Shown: positions 47,901 through 61,539 of the stretch, piece by piece | How the letters are laid out: every line of letters begins with the position of its first letter | Position numbering within the stretch: position 1 is the first letter of the stretch | Assembly: GCF_009914755.1 (NCBI RefSeq) | Contig: NC_060926.1 | Reading direction: 5' to 3' (one strand) | From: the human T2T-CHM13v2.0 reference genome, Homo sapiens | Length of the DNA stretch: 64,000 nt | The notes under the pieces: model-generated | What the model saw: only the letters and a program-made list of their open reading frames with translations | Told to the model about the DNA's origin: nothing | Database searches by the model: none | Translations under genes and position numbers: made by a program

Positions 47901-47994
47901 TGGTTGGGAAATAAGGAGAATTTAAATTATTGCTCTCTGTTAAAGAATGGTTACCATTTTGCATCCACTGAAAACTATCCATGGCTAATCATGA
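47901..47994 (+). pseudogene. Exon, phase 0->1, open: WLGNKENLNYCSLLKNGYHFASTENYPWLIM
   Basis: gatttcccag| and A|gtatgc; within ORF 47889..48083. Confidence 0.5.
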
Positions 47995-48339
47995 GTATGC
48001 TCAAACAGTTGGCTTTGTCTGCCCAGAGGAAAAATCAAATTGAGTACTTCAAGAGGAAAGCCTTGAAGTCAAGTACTTCATAGAGGAAAGCCTCCTTCAT
48101 AATATTTGATTTTAATTGAAAATTAATTCTAACATTTCTAGTCTATATATTTGGCTGCAGTAAGAATTATATTATACTAATAACTAGGGTTATAGTTATA
48201 TAGTTATTATATTAATACCTAGGGTTATAGTAGGTATCACTGTATTAAGAGATACAGATATGTGTGTGTGTGTGTGTGCATGTGTGGTCATTTAATATAT
48301 ATGTATATATGTACCTATCTATTTATCTTTCTATTTATC

Positions 48340-48540
48340 TATCTATGTCATTTAATTCTCTCCCAAATCCTAAGTGGTAGAGACAATTATTATTCCCATT
48401 TTGCAGATGAGGAAACCATGAAATATTATACAGATGAGAGATGACAACTATCTGTAATTCAAAGTCACATGACTCTTATAGGTGAAGATGAGATTCCAAA
48501 CCCAGAGCACCTTATTCTAGTGTCCACATTTTATCCATTT
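48340..48540 (-). mobile_element. MIR
   Basis: cccattttgcagatgaggaaac core. Confidence 0.75.
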
Positions 48541-48837
48541 TGTTTCTGCTGGGTAATGCAAGTCTCATGTGGTAAGAATTACACCTAACATAAAATATAA
48601 ACAGAGTGGGTGATCATTTAAACTTCATGAATTGAAGGGCAATAGAGGGGTATCAGTCTGCTCCACTGTGCAAACAATTTCTGCATTATTCTGTAATGCT
48701 AATCACAATTCCCACCATTAATGCCACTGTAATCCCTTGCAGTTAAGACAGACTTTAAAAGCCCTTTATAAAAATTAGCATATGTTTTCTCAGAGAAGGA
48801 AAAAAGTCAACAGATATTTGCTTCTAAGATTCTGTAG

Positions 48838-49076
48838 TTCTTACCAGACAGAGAACAGTGCTCCAAAGAAATGGTACAGGTGTGGTGTTGGTTCGAATCA
48901 GAGGAAAGGTTTAGGGCAATAGGGAACTTGGCACATTACACGGGACATCAGGTCCCAGGTGGAATACAACAACAGGTGGTTCTGGATGGTTAGGGCAAAT
49001 GGACTCTGAACTGATGTTAGAAATGATGCTGGAACAACCATGATCACTGTCAACTTCTACACCGAATCTTAGAAAG
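48838..49076 (+). pseudogene. Candidate exon (e.g. …GTWHITRDIRSQVEYNNRWFWMVRANGL*TDVRNDAGTTMITVNFYTES…); frame ambiguous
   Basis: ttctgtag| (or ttttctcag| at 48794) and AAG|gtaaag; coding-like composition. Confidence 0.5.
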
Positions 49077-51033
49077 GTAAAGTAGATATGTTTTCATAGC
49101 TGCATAATTGGCATTTCCTACTAATGACCTTTCCATTGGAACTGCATTTTGAACTTTCTGAGATGCTGTCTTTCAGCCTCTCAATTCTTACTATACGCCT
49201 TAAAGTTGATCTACCACAAATGGGGTTACTGAGACAGGGACTGTTAGAGCTAGATGGAACCTTGAAAATTACCTAGTCTCATTCCTTTCATGGCCCAGCT
49301 CTGAAGTTAATGCTAAGAGAGGTTAAGTGAAGAGTCTCAAGTTACCCAGAGACTTATTGGCAAAATGCCTTAGAGTACCTGTATCCAATTCCTCTCTGTT
49401 GAAGACCACTTACAAAGAGTTAGTATGACCTATTAAAGGACGGCATGAGAGCGGGGACAAAAAGGAAATTCGGTCCTAAAACATCATACTGATTCAATTG
49501 ATTTCTGATTGGTTCTGGCTCCCTCCTACTCCAATTTCAACTTTATTTACCAGAAATGCTGGCTACTTTTCTTTTTTTTTTTCACAATAGCTCTGTGCAT
49601 ATAGACATGTGCCTTTTTTGCATTTTGCATCTATGCTTTCTCTTATGCACTTCCCTTATTTATGGATCTTCTTAATCTGATTTTAAATCCTCATTTCTAA
49701 AAATCTGTCAGATCATTACACAATAAATATCATTATTCTCACTTTAATGGTTAATCTAAGAGAATTGGACATTATATCACATCAAAGCTGAGACATGAGA
49801 ATATTTCTTGTATTTGACAAATGTCATGCTCCCCATGAGTATTTAATAATTGTGAACTAATTTTGATCTACTGAAGGTCATACCCTGAGTCATTTCACTA
49901 ATACCTAGACTGCTGGCTACAAACAGCGTCATAACTGACTGCCACAGCTATAAATATAGAGAAGCGTTCTCTTTTTTATTGCCAGAAATGCATTTTGTCT
50001 TTCTCTGAACATGTTCTCTTTCCAAAAGGATTTGAAAGCTTTTAGTATTGTGCTATTATTTCAACAACCATCACCCTCCCCCAGCCTCTTGAAAGTAGAT
50101 TGCAATGCCCAGTAGAGAGTGCAGTGAGGCGCCACCTCCCTACAGGCGCTGTCTTTAAAGAGTTAGAAGAGGTCGGTGAGGGAGATTGAACTTGGAACCC
50201 CTATTGATATGTATTCAAGTGTGGAAATGAGTTGCCTGTTAATAAGGTGGACACGTTATTTATCTTAACGTTTTTCAATCTTCACAGATTATAATTGCAA
50301 AAATAGCCCTCAGCTTCTCCAGCTGGTTGTTAACAGCTAAGGAAGACTAACCTGAAGGTCACTGTTGCTTAATTATAAACAGAATGAAATTCTGAATAAT
50401 GGATTGAACCACTGGACTGACTTCTCGTGTTTTATTATCCTAATATACTTTGTTTAAATAATTCAATTGTTATCCCCTCAAAAGACCATATATAGTCTTA
50501 GTCCTTTTAATTATCATTTTTTAAACAATTGTATTACCAATTATAACTAGATGTTCTAAGTGTTATTGACTGATCAGGAAATATATTGGATTTAGGAGCA
50601 AATAAGAAGTAACTCTCAACTGGTCATTCATCCTTTAAAACCTTAAGTGTTTTGATTATTATTACTTAATTAGCCAAAAAAAACTAGTTGGATATGAACA
50701 AGGCAGGTACCTAACTGCCCCAAAGTGTCAGGGCTTGACTGGAAAATGATGATATTCTTAGAATTTTACATGAATCTAATTGGCTTTTACATGTATTAAA
50801 TCCACCCAAGTCACTTGGTCTGTTAATCTGTTAACAGTCTTTTCCAGTGGGGATTTTAACCATGCATAAAACTCTTATTCCTAAGTATAAGAGAAGTCTA
50901 ACCCATTTAGACAGTGAACTAAAATTGCATTGGAAAAATCAGAAAACAATCTGGAAATATAAACATTGTTTACTTTAGAAGGAGGTTGCATAATTCTAGG
51001 ACCTTTTTTTAAGAAATTGATTTTATTCCCTAT

Positions 51034-51712
<679 letters not shown>

Positions 51713-51837
51713 GGAAAACTATTAATCTTAATTTGTTCCTATTTCTCCACCAAAACAAATATACTTTCACCAACTTGTGTCTCAGAATATACAAAATTCT
51801 AGGCTTGTACTAGAATAAAATATTTGATAAAATGAGA

Positions 51838-52023
51838 GTATTCCCAAAGTGTGGCATTCCCTGATCCACAGCATCAGCATCACATAGAATTTGTTAAAAA
51901 TGCAAATTCCCAGGCGCTTCCCAAGACCCAATGAATCAGTAACTCTGGGATAGGGTCCGGCTCTGGTGGATTCACAAGACCTCCAGTTGATTACACCGCA
52001 TGCTAAAGTTTGAGAATCACTGC
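51838..52023. mobile_element. MER5A
   Basis: cagcatcagcatcac…aaatgcaaattccc…aaagtttgagaatcactg. Confidence 0.85.
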
Positions 52024-53597
52024 TTCAGAGGGATTTTTGTCTTTTAAATTTGCAGAGCACGAACAAGCTACTCATATAAAATGTTTGAATAATCCCCAGT
52101 CTCTCAAACTGGAATACTCATAGCCCTGGGGTTCAGAGCAGAGTGATAAGATACCTAGGAATGTTTGGTGGGATTCTGCTGCTTCACACTGGGTTCCTGG
52201 AAGCCCTGGGCATATTCATCCACTCCTTTTCTGCCCCTGCATGTTCTTAGGCGTGAAACTTCAAGAAGGCTTCTCAGTTCTTTCTACCCGTCAGGGCTGG
52301 CCTTACTAGCTTGACTTAAGGGAGCCCACAGTTCTCCTGTCTCCTTGTGTTACCCTTCCTCCTCTTTTGTTAAAAGACATCTCTGATGTAAATGCCTTGA
52401 AAAGCAGCTATTGATATACAAACTCTAACTGGGTGGGGGTAATATATTAAACTAGAGTAAATTAAGAAATAGTTGAGATTTTTCCCCAGATAAATTTGTA
52501 TTTAATTTAAAAGACTAACTATCTTCAGTTATTTTCTAGTTGTGAAGTTAGATGACTTCTTCTTCTATGTGTTTAACTGTCCTTCATATTATGACATTAT
52601 GGAGATTGCATGATTTAGGGCTGATTTTAAGTCCTAATTTGACACAATTAAAAGTAGACAATCCTTTCTATCTGTACCAAAGTTTCTTTTAATTTTTTAA
52701 AAATTTAACTTGTTAATGAAATTTAAAATTCTGGGGAATACATCATTAAACCCTTACTGCCCTAGATTTACTTAGCCTATCAAAAGGTAGCCAATTGCAA
52801 TGCCAAATGCTGCAGGAGCAGAAGCAAGGTCAAGTACGGTTTCCTGCAAGAAAAGTCAAGAATCTTAAAGCTTCAGGGGACCCCAAATGAGGAAGATTAT
52901 TTATCACTACAAAGTAGCAAAGGATCAGAGGACAAGGTGAATACCTAAGGACATCTGTGGAATGAGAAAGGCTAGCACAAGCTGGTGTAAACTCAAGACA
53001 TGGCACCTCTTTTAGAAGGTTTCTTGGCATTGCCCTTAGGCTTCTGCCTCTGCTAACTCCCAAAAGCACAGGTCTGCTCAAGTTATCAGCCAGAGAGTGT
53101 TTAATTGGAAGACTTTAAACTCTTCTTTGGACTGAAGTCTTGAGGAAAACAAAACAAAACAAAACAACCTACATCTATAGAGGAAAAGGTTTTTGCCAAG
53201 TACTTGAAATACAAAAGCATGATGGTGGGTTATGTGTGTGCAATCAAGTAGAAACAAAGAATATTGAAAAACAAAACAAATCAGGTGGAAGTAGCTTAAA
53301 CTTTGCTGCCTTAAATCAAAAGTGAAAAATAAAAACGCAGGTATCAGTGTTTATGTCCAGAACTCTATGCCTTTTGCTTTTCTCAAAAATGTACCAGAAA
53401 CACAGGAGTTAAAACAACAACAACAACTCGTGATGGCTGACATATCAATTTTATCATGCATCTCTTTTTTCCAAGAACTTACAACATTTTCACCACTTTG
53501 GCAGACATCACAATTAAAATCACATTTTAAGAGTTTAATATAAATCTTTGCTCATAAGGATGAAAGGGCTAATTCTGAGTACAAAAAGATAGCTGGA

Positions 53598-53995
53598 TGT
53601 TTCAGGCTGTTTTTGATTGCTATAAATAAATACCTGAGGCTGGGTAATTTACAAGGACAAAAGGTTTATTTTGGCTCATGGTTCTGCAGGCTATATAGGA
53701 AGTGTGGTGTTGGCATCTGCTTCTGGTGAGGCCCTCCAGAAACTTAGAATCATGATAGAAGGTGAAGAGGAACTAGCATATTACATGGCGAGAGAGAGGG
53801 GAGGTCCCAGACCCTTTTAAATGGCCAGATCTTGTGTGCACTAATGAGACCTCACTCAATCACCGCGGGGATGGTGCTGGGCCATTCATGAGGGATCTGC
53901 TCCCATGATTCCATCACCTCCTACCATACTCCACCTCCAACACTGGGAATTACATTACAACATGAGATTTGAAGGAAACCAATATGCAAACAATA
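53598..53995. mobile_element. MST (MaLR) solo LTR
   Basis: gctataaataaatacctgaggctgggtaattt…ccattcatgagggatctgc. Confidence 0.85.
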
Positions 53996-55199
53996 CATAA
54001 TAAATATAGTATAGTCATATATATTAAACCACACATTTTTCTTCTGGATAACTGGAAAGTACTCAACTGTTTACAGTACAGAACTTTTGGAAACACCGTC
54101 CCTTCAAATGCTACCTTACTTAAAATATGTAGACATTAGTCCATCCAACCTCTGCTACCAGGCAGTAACCTTTCATAGATCTTCCAAAGAAAATGTTCTT
54201 GATAAAACCAGAAGAATCTTCTCAGAGAGACCCAGGGGAGTGATCTGACCCTCACTGCTATCTTGACTTAGTTTTAGCTGCAGCCATGGCGACTCAAGTA
54301 CATTGATTCTCTTCCATTCTCTTTCATTCATACTACATCTTTAAGATACATATTCTTTTCCAATTCTTTATCCCTCAAAAATAAACCTGATTCTAATGGA
54401 AAAAAAGTGTTCAGAAGCAAACCTCATTTTGGTTTGTGCTAGCTTTATGACACCTGAATGACAGTCTTAATATCTGTGCTATGTTGAAAATCACATAACA
54501 TGTAGGAGTCCTTCCCCATCACTCCTGCAGAAGATAAATGCAAATACATTGCAATGGACTGAAAGAAGATTCCTGAGTATTGTGCCTAGCACATACTCGT
54601 GGGTTATCTCAACTTTTCATTGTCTTGGAGCTATTTCACAGCTCTGTAAATTGTAGAAAATTAATAATAATGCAAATGATCCTTGTTCACAGACATGCAA
54701 ATTAGCTGTGTGGAAAGCAATTGATTTTTGCCCTGTAGAAAGGCTTATTTTGCATACATTTGTAAATTTACTTCAGCTTTCCTTATTTTCATATATATGT
54801 GTGGTTCTTTGAATTTCCCCTGAACCAGTTGTAACTTCTTACTGGTAGCTCAGTAACTAATTAGTTAAATAAAATCTTTGACATGTATTCATTGTTCATC
54901 AGTACAAGAGTCATGATTATATCTTTGTAAAGAAATATTTAACACTCCTTTTGCTAAATACCAGCTAACACAGAAATCATTGCCTCACAGATTGAAATAC
55001 AGGTGCACTTGAGGGTTATTACCTGGTGGCAGAGTGGAGTGAACTCATGTCAACAAATGGTACTAGCATTAAAGATAGACAGGATGTGTTAGAAAAATAA
55101 AGGAATCTCAAAAAGACTTACTGTTATTTTTCTTAATTACATAATTGTCCTTTTAATTATTCTAAAAACTCTTCTCTAAAAACTGTACAAATATTTTAA

Positions 55200-55557
<358 letters not shown>

Positions 55558-56029
55558 AAGTTTTCCTATATTTTTGCCTCATTTGCTATCTAAGGCTTGC
55601 CGTCTTGATTTCAAAATTTTTAGTTCTCAGGTAACGAAAGTGTTAATGTTATATGTCAGTGTTGTTTTCTTCCAAAGAGTTGTTGACTGAAAGAACTCTG
55701 GAAAAGAAAAATATGAAGATGGGCAATTAACTTGTTTTTCTCCCTTAAGTCCATATTGCATGAGGCATTTTGGCGAGAGCCACTCCATATATTCTTGCTA
55801 AGTGCTGCGACACTCAGAGTCCATATCATAGATGCTTCACATCACGCAGAGCTTATATTAATATGACATTGTTTTGTGGATGTTATTCCATGGCCTCATT
55901 AAGCTCTATGTTCCTGAACAGTAGAGGAAATATCACCCTTTTTAAAACTGGATTACACAACATGGAAGGTGATCAGTAATACCAGTTTGATTGACTCATT
56001 AGTGGTATCAGTATTGCCATAGTGATGAT

Positions 56030-56520
56030 GGCTTCATAAAAAAGAGCACTGTTTGAACTTTGGGCATCAGGATGATCATGTTCAAAATTTGACACTTACT
56101 AGCTATGTGATTTAAGCATCATCTCTTTAAACAGTATCTAGAGGGATGGTAAGAAGATTAAATGAGATGCTATACTTGAAGTGCCTGATTAAATGAAATG
56201 CATATATGAAATATCTGGAGAACAATAAGACCTAATCAATGATAACTAATAATAGATTATAACAGCTTCCATTTACTGGCTATTTACTTTGTGCCAGAGA
56301 CCACCACATATTTTTTTAAATTATGTATTATCAGTATGATTATTTGGGGTTCTGTTAAGAATCTAACTACATTGTTTTTGCATGGGTTATTGAACACAAT
56401 TTTTGTCATCTCTAAAACCAAGAGTGGAGTTCAAAATATTCAGAGAAGTTTAACTTTTCTGATAAATAAAGTGGAGGTGGGGGTTAGGACTGCTAGGACA
56501 ACAAGAGTGAAAGCTGACAA
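56030..56520. mobile_element. Two MIR fragments
   Basis: cacttactagctatgtga; aagattaaatgagat. Confidence 0.55.
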
Positions 56521-56760
56521 AAAGACTTTGGAGTAGCAGAGGCTATAAGACATGATTGCCATTTATTTAATCACAAACAGTACAGATATGGTGAACATGG
56601 ATTTGTTCATTAAATCCTGAACTAGTAGGATGAGGGGCACCTTTTGACATGTGGGCAAAGTAATTTTAAAATGAATAAAGAAAATCCAACTTCAAATAGC
56701 AGATAGAGAAGCTATGAAATATGTTATGCCAAAATATGATGAAGTAGGAAATTAGAGTAG

Positions 56761-57127
<367 letters not shown>

Positions 57128-57848
57128 AAAATGACTTTTAAAAACAGGTAAGCATGAGTTCTGAAGGGCAATTAGAACCTTCCATAATCTTACTGGGCTA
57201 TTCTTGAAACACAGCGCTTGACTATTGAGGCTAAAGACTTGATATTCAAAAATGGAAGTTCGTTTACTTTTATGATGTAATTGTTTTTTTTAATAAATAT
57301 CCAAAATTTCCAGTGAACAAAATTTAAATCTATTCATAGAGCATACATGAAAAATAAAATGTATGCAAATCTATGTATTCTATTTGTATAGATATAGCAT
57401 AACACATTCAACTACACAGTTACATGCAATGATAAGTAAGCTGAATACAAATCAGTTGTGGTAGAGTCAGAAGAAGTGAGATCATTTTGGAAAACCAAAT
57501 AGCATTGGGAGAGTTGGGAACTATTATGTTTTCATTCTGTATTTAAGTTTGCTGTTATTAATATTAATATTGTTGATATATTCTAAAGAGACTATTAGGC
57601 AGAAATCCCACTAGGATGAATAAGAATAGGTGATTAGACTGCATCTGATTCGCCTGCATCCATTTTCCATACATTAGATTAAATGTGATTCCTGAATTCT
57701 TAGACATATGATCTCTGCATGTTCATGAACTATCTTAGAAATTTTGAGGATTTTCAGAGATTTTGAAGGGTCAGGCAAGCAGCAGATATGCTTTTGAAAT
57801 CTTTGCACTCAAAATAGTCCTATTTATGGTAGACTCTCCTCCTTCTAG

Positions 57849-57972
57849 ACAGCGTATCTGCTCTCTCACTAAACTGCCTGCAGCTCAGAGATAGGCAGAC
57901 AGCTGTTGAATTGCTGGGAGTAGTGCTTCACAGGCTAAGTGGAAACTAACTGTATTTATTCAGAACTTTGTG
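57849..57972 (+). pseudogene. Exon, phase 2->0: QRICSLTKLPAAQR*ADSC*IAGSSASQAKWKLTVFIQNFV
   Basis: ctctcctccttctag| and GTG|gtaagt. Confidence 0.6.
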
Positions 57973-58832
57973 GTAAGTCACAGCCATTTCCTATCTCAGA
58001 ACACCAAAGAGCTGACTGCATTTTCCACCATGGTGTGTGTAATACGTTTCAAAACAAATGTATGGTATGACCATGAACTACAAAATGTAATGGGGCAGAA
58101 AATGCAGACACACATTATTTTGCCTCCTACACACTTGGAACTTCTCTTCCTTGCTCTAGCAGCCTTTGAGATAGTGAAGACAGACACTTTTTTTTCTTTC
58201 CTTGCAGCATAGAAAAGCAATACACAGAGAGATAGGAGCTATATTTATATAGCAACCACATCATCATTTATAAGAATGCTTTCGCTGTTTAATGCTTTAG
58301 AAGTAAATTACTAAGCAGAAGTCCAGGATGTATAGAATCACTAAGAGTGGGTGGACAGGTAGGGAAAAAGATTTCATAGCCATTATGTCTTACTGTACCT
58401 CAGTACGCCAGGTTCTCAGGGCTGTGGTCTACTTAACCATTTATATTATCTCATTTAATCTGAGAAATAAGCCAGTGCTGTGGGATTTATTCCCACTTTT
58501 ACTAAAGAGAAAATTGAATTCAGAGAGGTTATATAACACGTTGAAAGCCAAATCACTTAACCTAGATTTGTATTTATGTGGATTAATTCCTTAACTTCCT
58601 GGGTCTTCAGATGTCAAATGATTGGATTAGTTGTTTTCTAAGAATCCTGGTTCTAAAATTCCCTGTCTCCATGAAATGCTTTCCTATTATGTGTCAGTCT
58701 CTGAGCCAGAAGGTGTTGTTGCTTCAGATTAACTACCTTCAAATGATTTCCCTCTAGAAAGACTTTTAAAAAAGATATACTGCATTATCAAAATGTAATG
58801 TGATTATAGACAAATATGTTCAAAATAAAAAC

Positions 58833-59029
58833 TTTTTTTTTTTTTTTTTTGAGACAGGGTTTCGCTTTTCTGTCCAGGCTGGCATGAAGTGGAGCAATCT
58901 CAGCTCACTGCAACCTCTGCCCAGGTTCAAGCGATTCTGCTGCCTCAGCCTCCCAAGTAGCTGGAATTATAGGCGCCCACCACCACGCCCAGCTAATTTT
59001 TGTATTTTTAGTAAAGATGGGGTTTCGCC
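58833..59029 (-). mobile_element. Truncated AluS
   Basis: Right arm plus linker only. Confidence 0.9.
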
Positions 59030-59049
59030 TCTTTTAAAACTTTTAAAAT

Positions 59050-59290
59050 GGTTATTCCATTATTACATGCCAATACGACATACTTTTCATATATCCTTTT
59101 ATTTTGTCCTAGAAACAACCTACTGTTCTAGGTATTGTTTCCATTGTATAGATAGGAAATTGAACCTCAGGGAGGTTAAAAAACTTGATTACAATCACAC
59201 AGCTAGTATATAAAGATATTTGTTTTTCAACCCAGATGTCTCTGATTCCAAAGGTCACTGATATTTTCACTATGCTACATTGCCACCACT
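59050..59290 (-). mobile_element. MIR
   Basis: ccattgtatagataggaaattgaacctcagggaggttaa. Confidence 0.7.
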
Positions 59291-59876
59291 TGTTACAGTC
59301 TATTATTTACCTAAATTGATTATTTTATACTATTCCTACTTCTATCATTTAAAACTTCTATTATGTCCCTCCTGGTATTTCTTTTCCCAAGTCACTGTCT
59401 TTGGTCATGCTTCACAATATTTCTAGAAATTAAAGATTATAAACCTAGAATTAATCTCTCTTCCCCATACTAGATAATTTGCATATAAACAAAAGAACAA
59501 GTGGATTTCCAAATGCAATGTAATGAAAACATATTAATAAATAAATATTAATAAATCATATAAATACTAACACTATGAGACAATATAAAAAAAAGAAGAA
59601 TGTTTTAAAAGTCATTTATCCAAATGTGTCAATTATAGGAAAATGTCAAACAATGGGGATAGGGAATCACTTTTCAGAGATGTTAAAAAGTAGTAGTTTT
59701 AAACATTTTTTTTGGCAGTATGATTCTTTTTTAAAATGAAATTTTGTGTAGAAATAAAATGTTTTTGGATGGGTGGGAGAGCTATTTCCCTTTGGGATTT
59801 TATGACACTCTGATTCTTCACCAGTACTACAATACTCCCCCAACAATATAAAAATGTATTCTATTATTTAATTCAA

Positions 59877-60078
59877 TCAGTGATGTCCTGATAAATGCTT
59901 ATCAACCAATTGTCCAGGAAAAAAATCAGCGATTTTTAGCATTTCTGAATCTTGATGGTGTAAATTCTCCCACCACGGGCTATTTTAAGCTATCGCGTGG
60001 CATCACTGAACTGGACTTGGAAGAGCTACACACAGCCCTCTTTCCCAAGCCATTATGAGCCGGGTCCAGCCACCTACT
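59877..60078. mobile_element. MER63A-like hAT element
   Basis: cagtgatgtcctgataaatg…ggtgtaaattctcccacca…gagccgggtccagc. Confidence 0.75.
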
Positions 60079-60542
60079 ACATTCACCCTGGGGAAGCAAC
60101 AGCATTCTTTAGATGAACCTTATAATGCAATTGTTTTATCATTCTGTGAACTATATTAGAGATTCATTTGAATTAGCAAAGAACAATAGCACTGCAAATG
60201 AAATATCCCTAGACTTTATTTACCTTCATTAGTCATTTTACCTTACCATGGATTACTTTTTCAGACACTCAAGTCATTTTGTTTAACATTAGTAGGATAT
60301 TTATTTAGGTAATAGGTATTTTGAATTGAGAAGATGAGATAGGTAGCAATTCAAATTTATTATTTTCGATTGCAAGTCTCTGTGGAAGGGCAGGCTAGAA
60401 TGAGGAAATGGGATGTAGGCATGAGGGTAGGATGTGGAGAACATAAGAGAATAGAGACCCAGAGAGGAGAATGCGGCACTTGTAGAGAGGAAAGCAGATA
60501 GTATTAAAAATCTATTTCTGCCTATTTCTCCATTTTTCCTAG

Positions 60543-60588
60543 AACTCAAATTCCAATGCTCAGGTCTTCATCCACAAGCCATTGGGAG
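60543..60588 (+). pseudogene. Exon, phase 0->1, open: NSNSNAQVFIHKPLG
   Basis: ctccatttttcctag| and GAG|gtaagc. Confidence 0.65.
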
Positions 60589-60961
60589 GTAAGCCCTGCA
60601 CCCAGTGAGCACTATATTTTTAAATGATCCTTATTTTTGAGACAAGGTATGGTAACTAGATGCACAGGGATTAAAACAAAACTGTAAAATAGGCCAATTA
60701 GGCATGATGTTATAGATAAAATGATGTCAAAATTATTAAACCCTAGTCGTGCAAAAAACAAATTTGAAGAAATTCCATCAAATATGTTTCTTCACTATAT
60801 ACTTAGTTAACTACTTTTGCTTTTTACTAAGCCAGCTGGATTTTCTGTGGCAGTCTCTATGAGTTAGCATCTTCTGTGGCCAAAATTGAAACCCAATGCA
60901 AAAATAAAGGAGCACTCTAGCTGCTAGTGAAAGTCACACAATTTTTTCACTCTCTTCCCAG

Positions 60962-61037
60962 GTTTGGTCAACAAAACTCCATTAAAAATCAGAAAACAAA
61001 AATGGAAAGCAGCATTTGTTTGAACTTCGGCAGAGGA
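60962..61037 (+). pseudogene. Exon, phase 1->2: GLVNKTPLKIRKQKWKAAFV*TSAE
   Basis: ttttttcactctcttcccag| and GA|gtatgt. Confidence 0.65.
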
Positions 61038-61089
61038 GTATGTCATTTGATTTTAATAAATTATTTAATTTAAATTTCCCTTCTTGCAG

Positions 61090-61230
61090 ATTACAAATAG
61101 CACTAGCTGGCTTTATTCCAAATTTAGGAAGACTCTTTGGAGTTACACAGACATAGATAAAAGACATGTATGCACATTTTCCAAGATAAAAATTTTCTGA
61201 GAGAGCTAGGGAAACCATTCTTTCCAACAA
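61090..61230 (+). pseudogene. Exon, phase 2->2: LQIALAGFIPNLGRLFGVTQT*IKDMYAHFPR*KFSERARETILSN
   Basis: tttcccttcttgcag| and AA|gtaagt; 141 nt; upstream intron only 52 nt. Confidence 0.7.
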
Positions 61231-61365
61231 GTAAGTTGCTTTCAGTGGGATCATGAGAACAAAGATGATGATGATGATGAAGAAGATGTTAATGACCTTT
61301 TTCTTCATCTGATTTCTTAAAGCGTTTTCCCACAAATCTCATAAAATAAAATGTTCTCTTTTTAG

Positions 61366-61539
61366 CTCTCTGAGCGACTATTTTCTTTCACTTTCATAAT
61401 TTTGTTCTTTGGAAGTTGGTCTCTGACCTATTTTACCATACAAAAAACACCTCAAGACTGAGGAATATTGCCTAATTGTAGTTTTTGGCTTGTCTTGTGA
61501 TACTTAAATATTAAATTATTCAGCTAGAAAAATGCTGCA
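61366..61539 (+). pseudogene. Exon, phase 2->2: SLSDYFLSLS*FCSLEVGL*PILPYKKHLKTEEYCLIVVFGLSCDT*ILNYSARKML
   Basis: ttctctttttag| and CA|gtgagt; 174 nt. Confidence 0.5.

Noticed and set aside
48043-48093. Short tandem duplications (here, 27821-27860 and 7500-7548)
   Set aside because: Ordinary slippage-type duplications with two units; not arrays.
60982-61335. 117-aa minus-strand ORF with a hydrophobic stretch
   Set aside because: The poly-Ile run comes from a (GAT)n repeat; splice signals support plus-strand exons instead.
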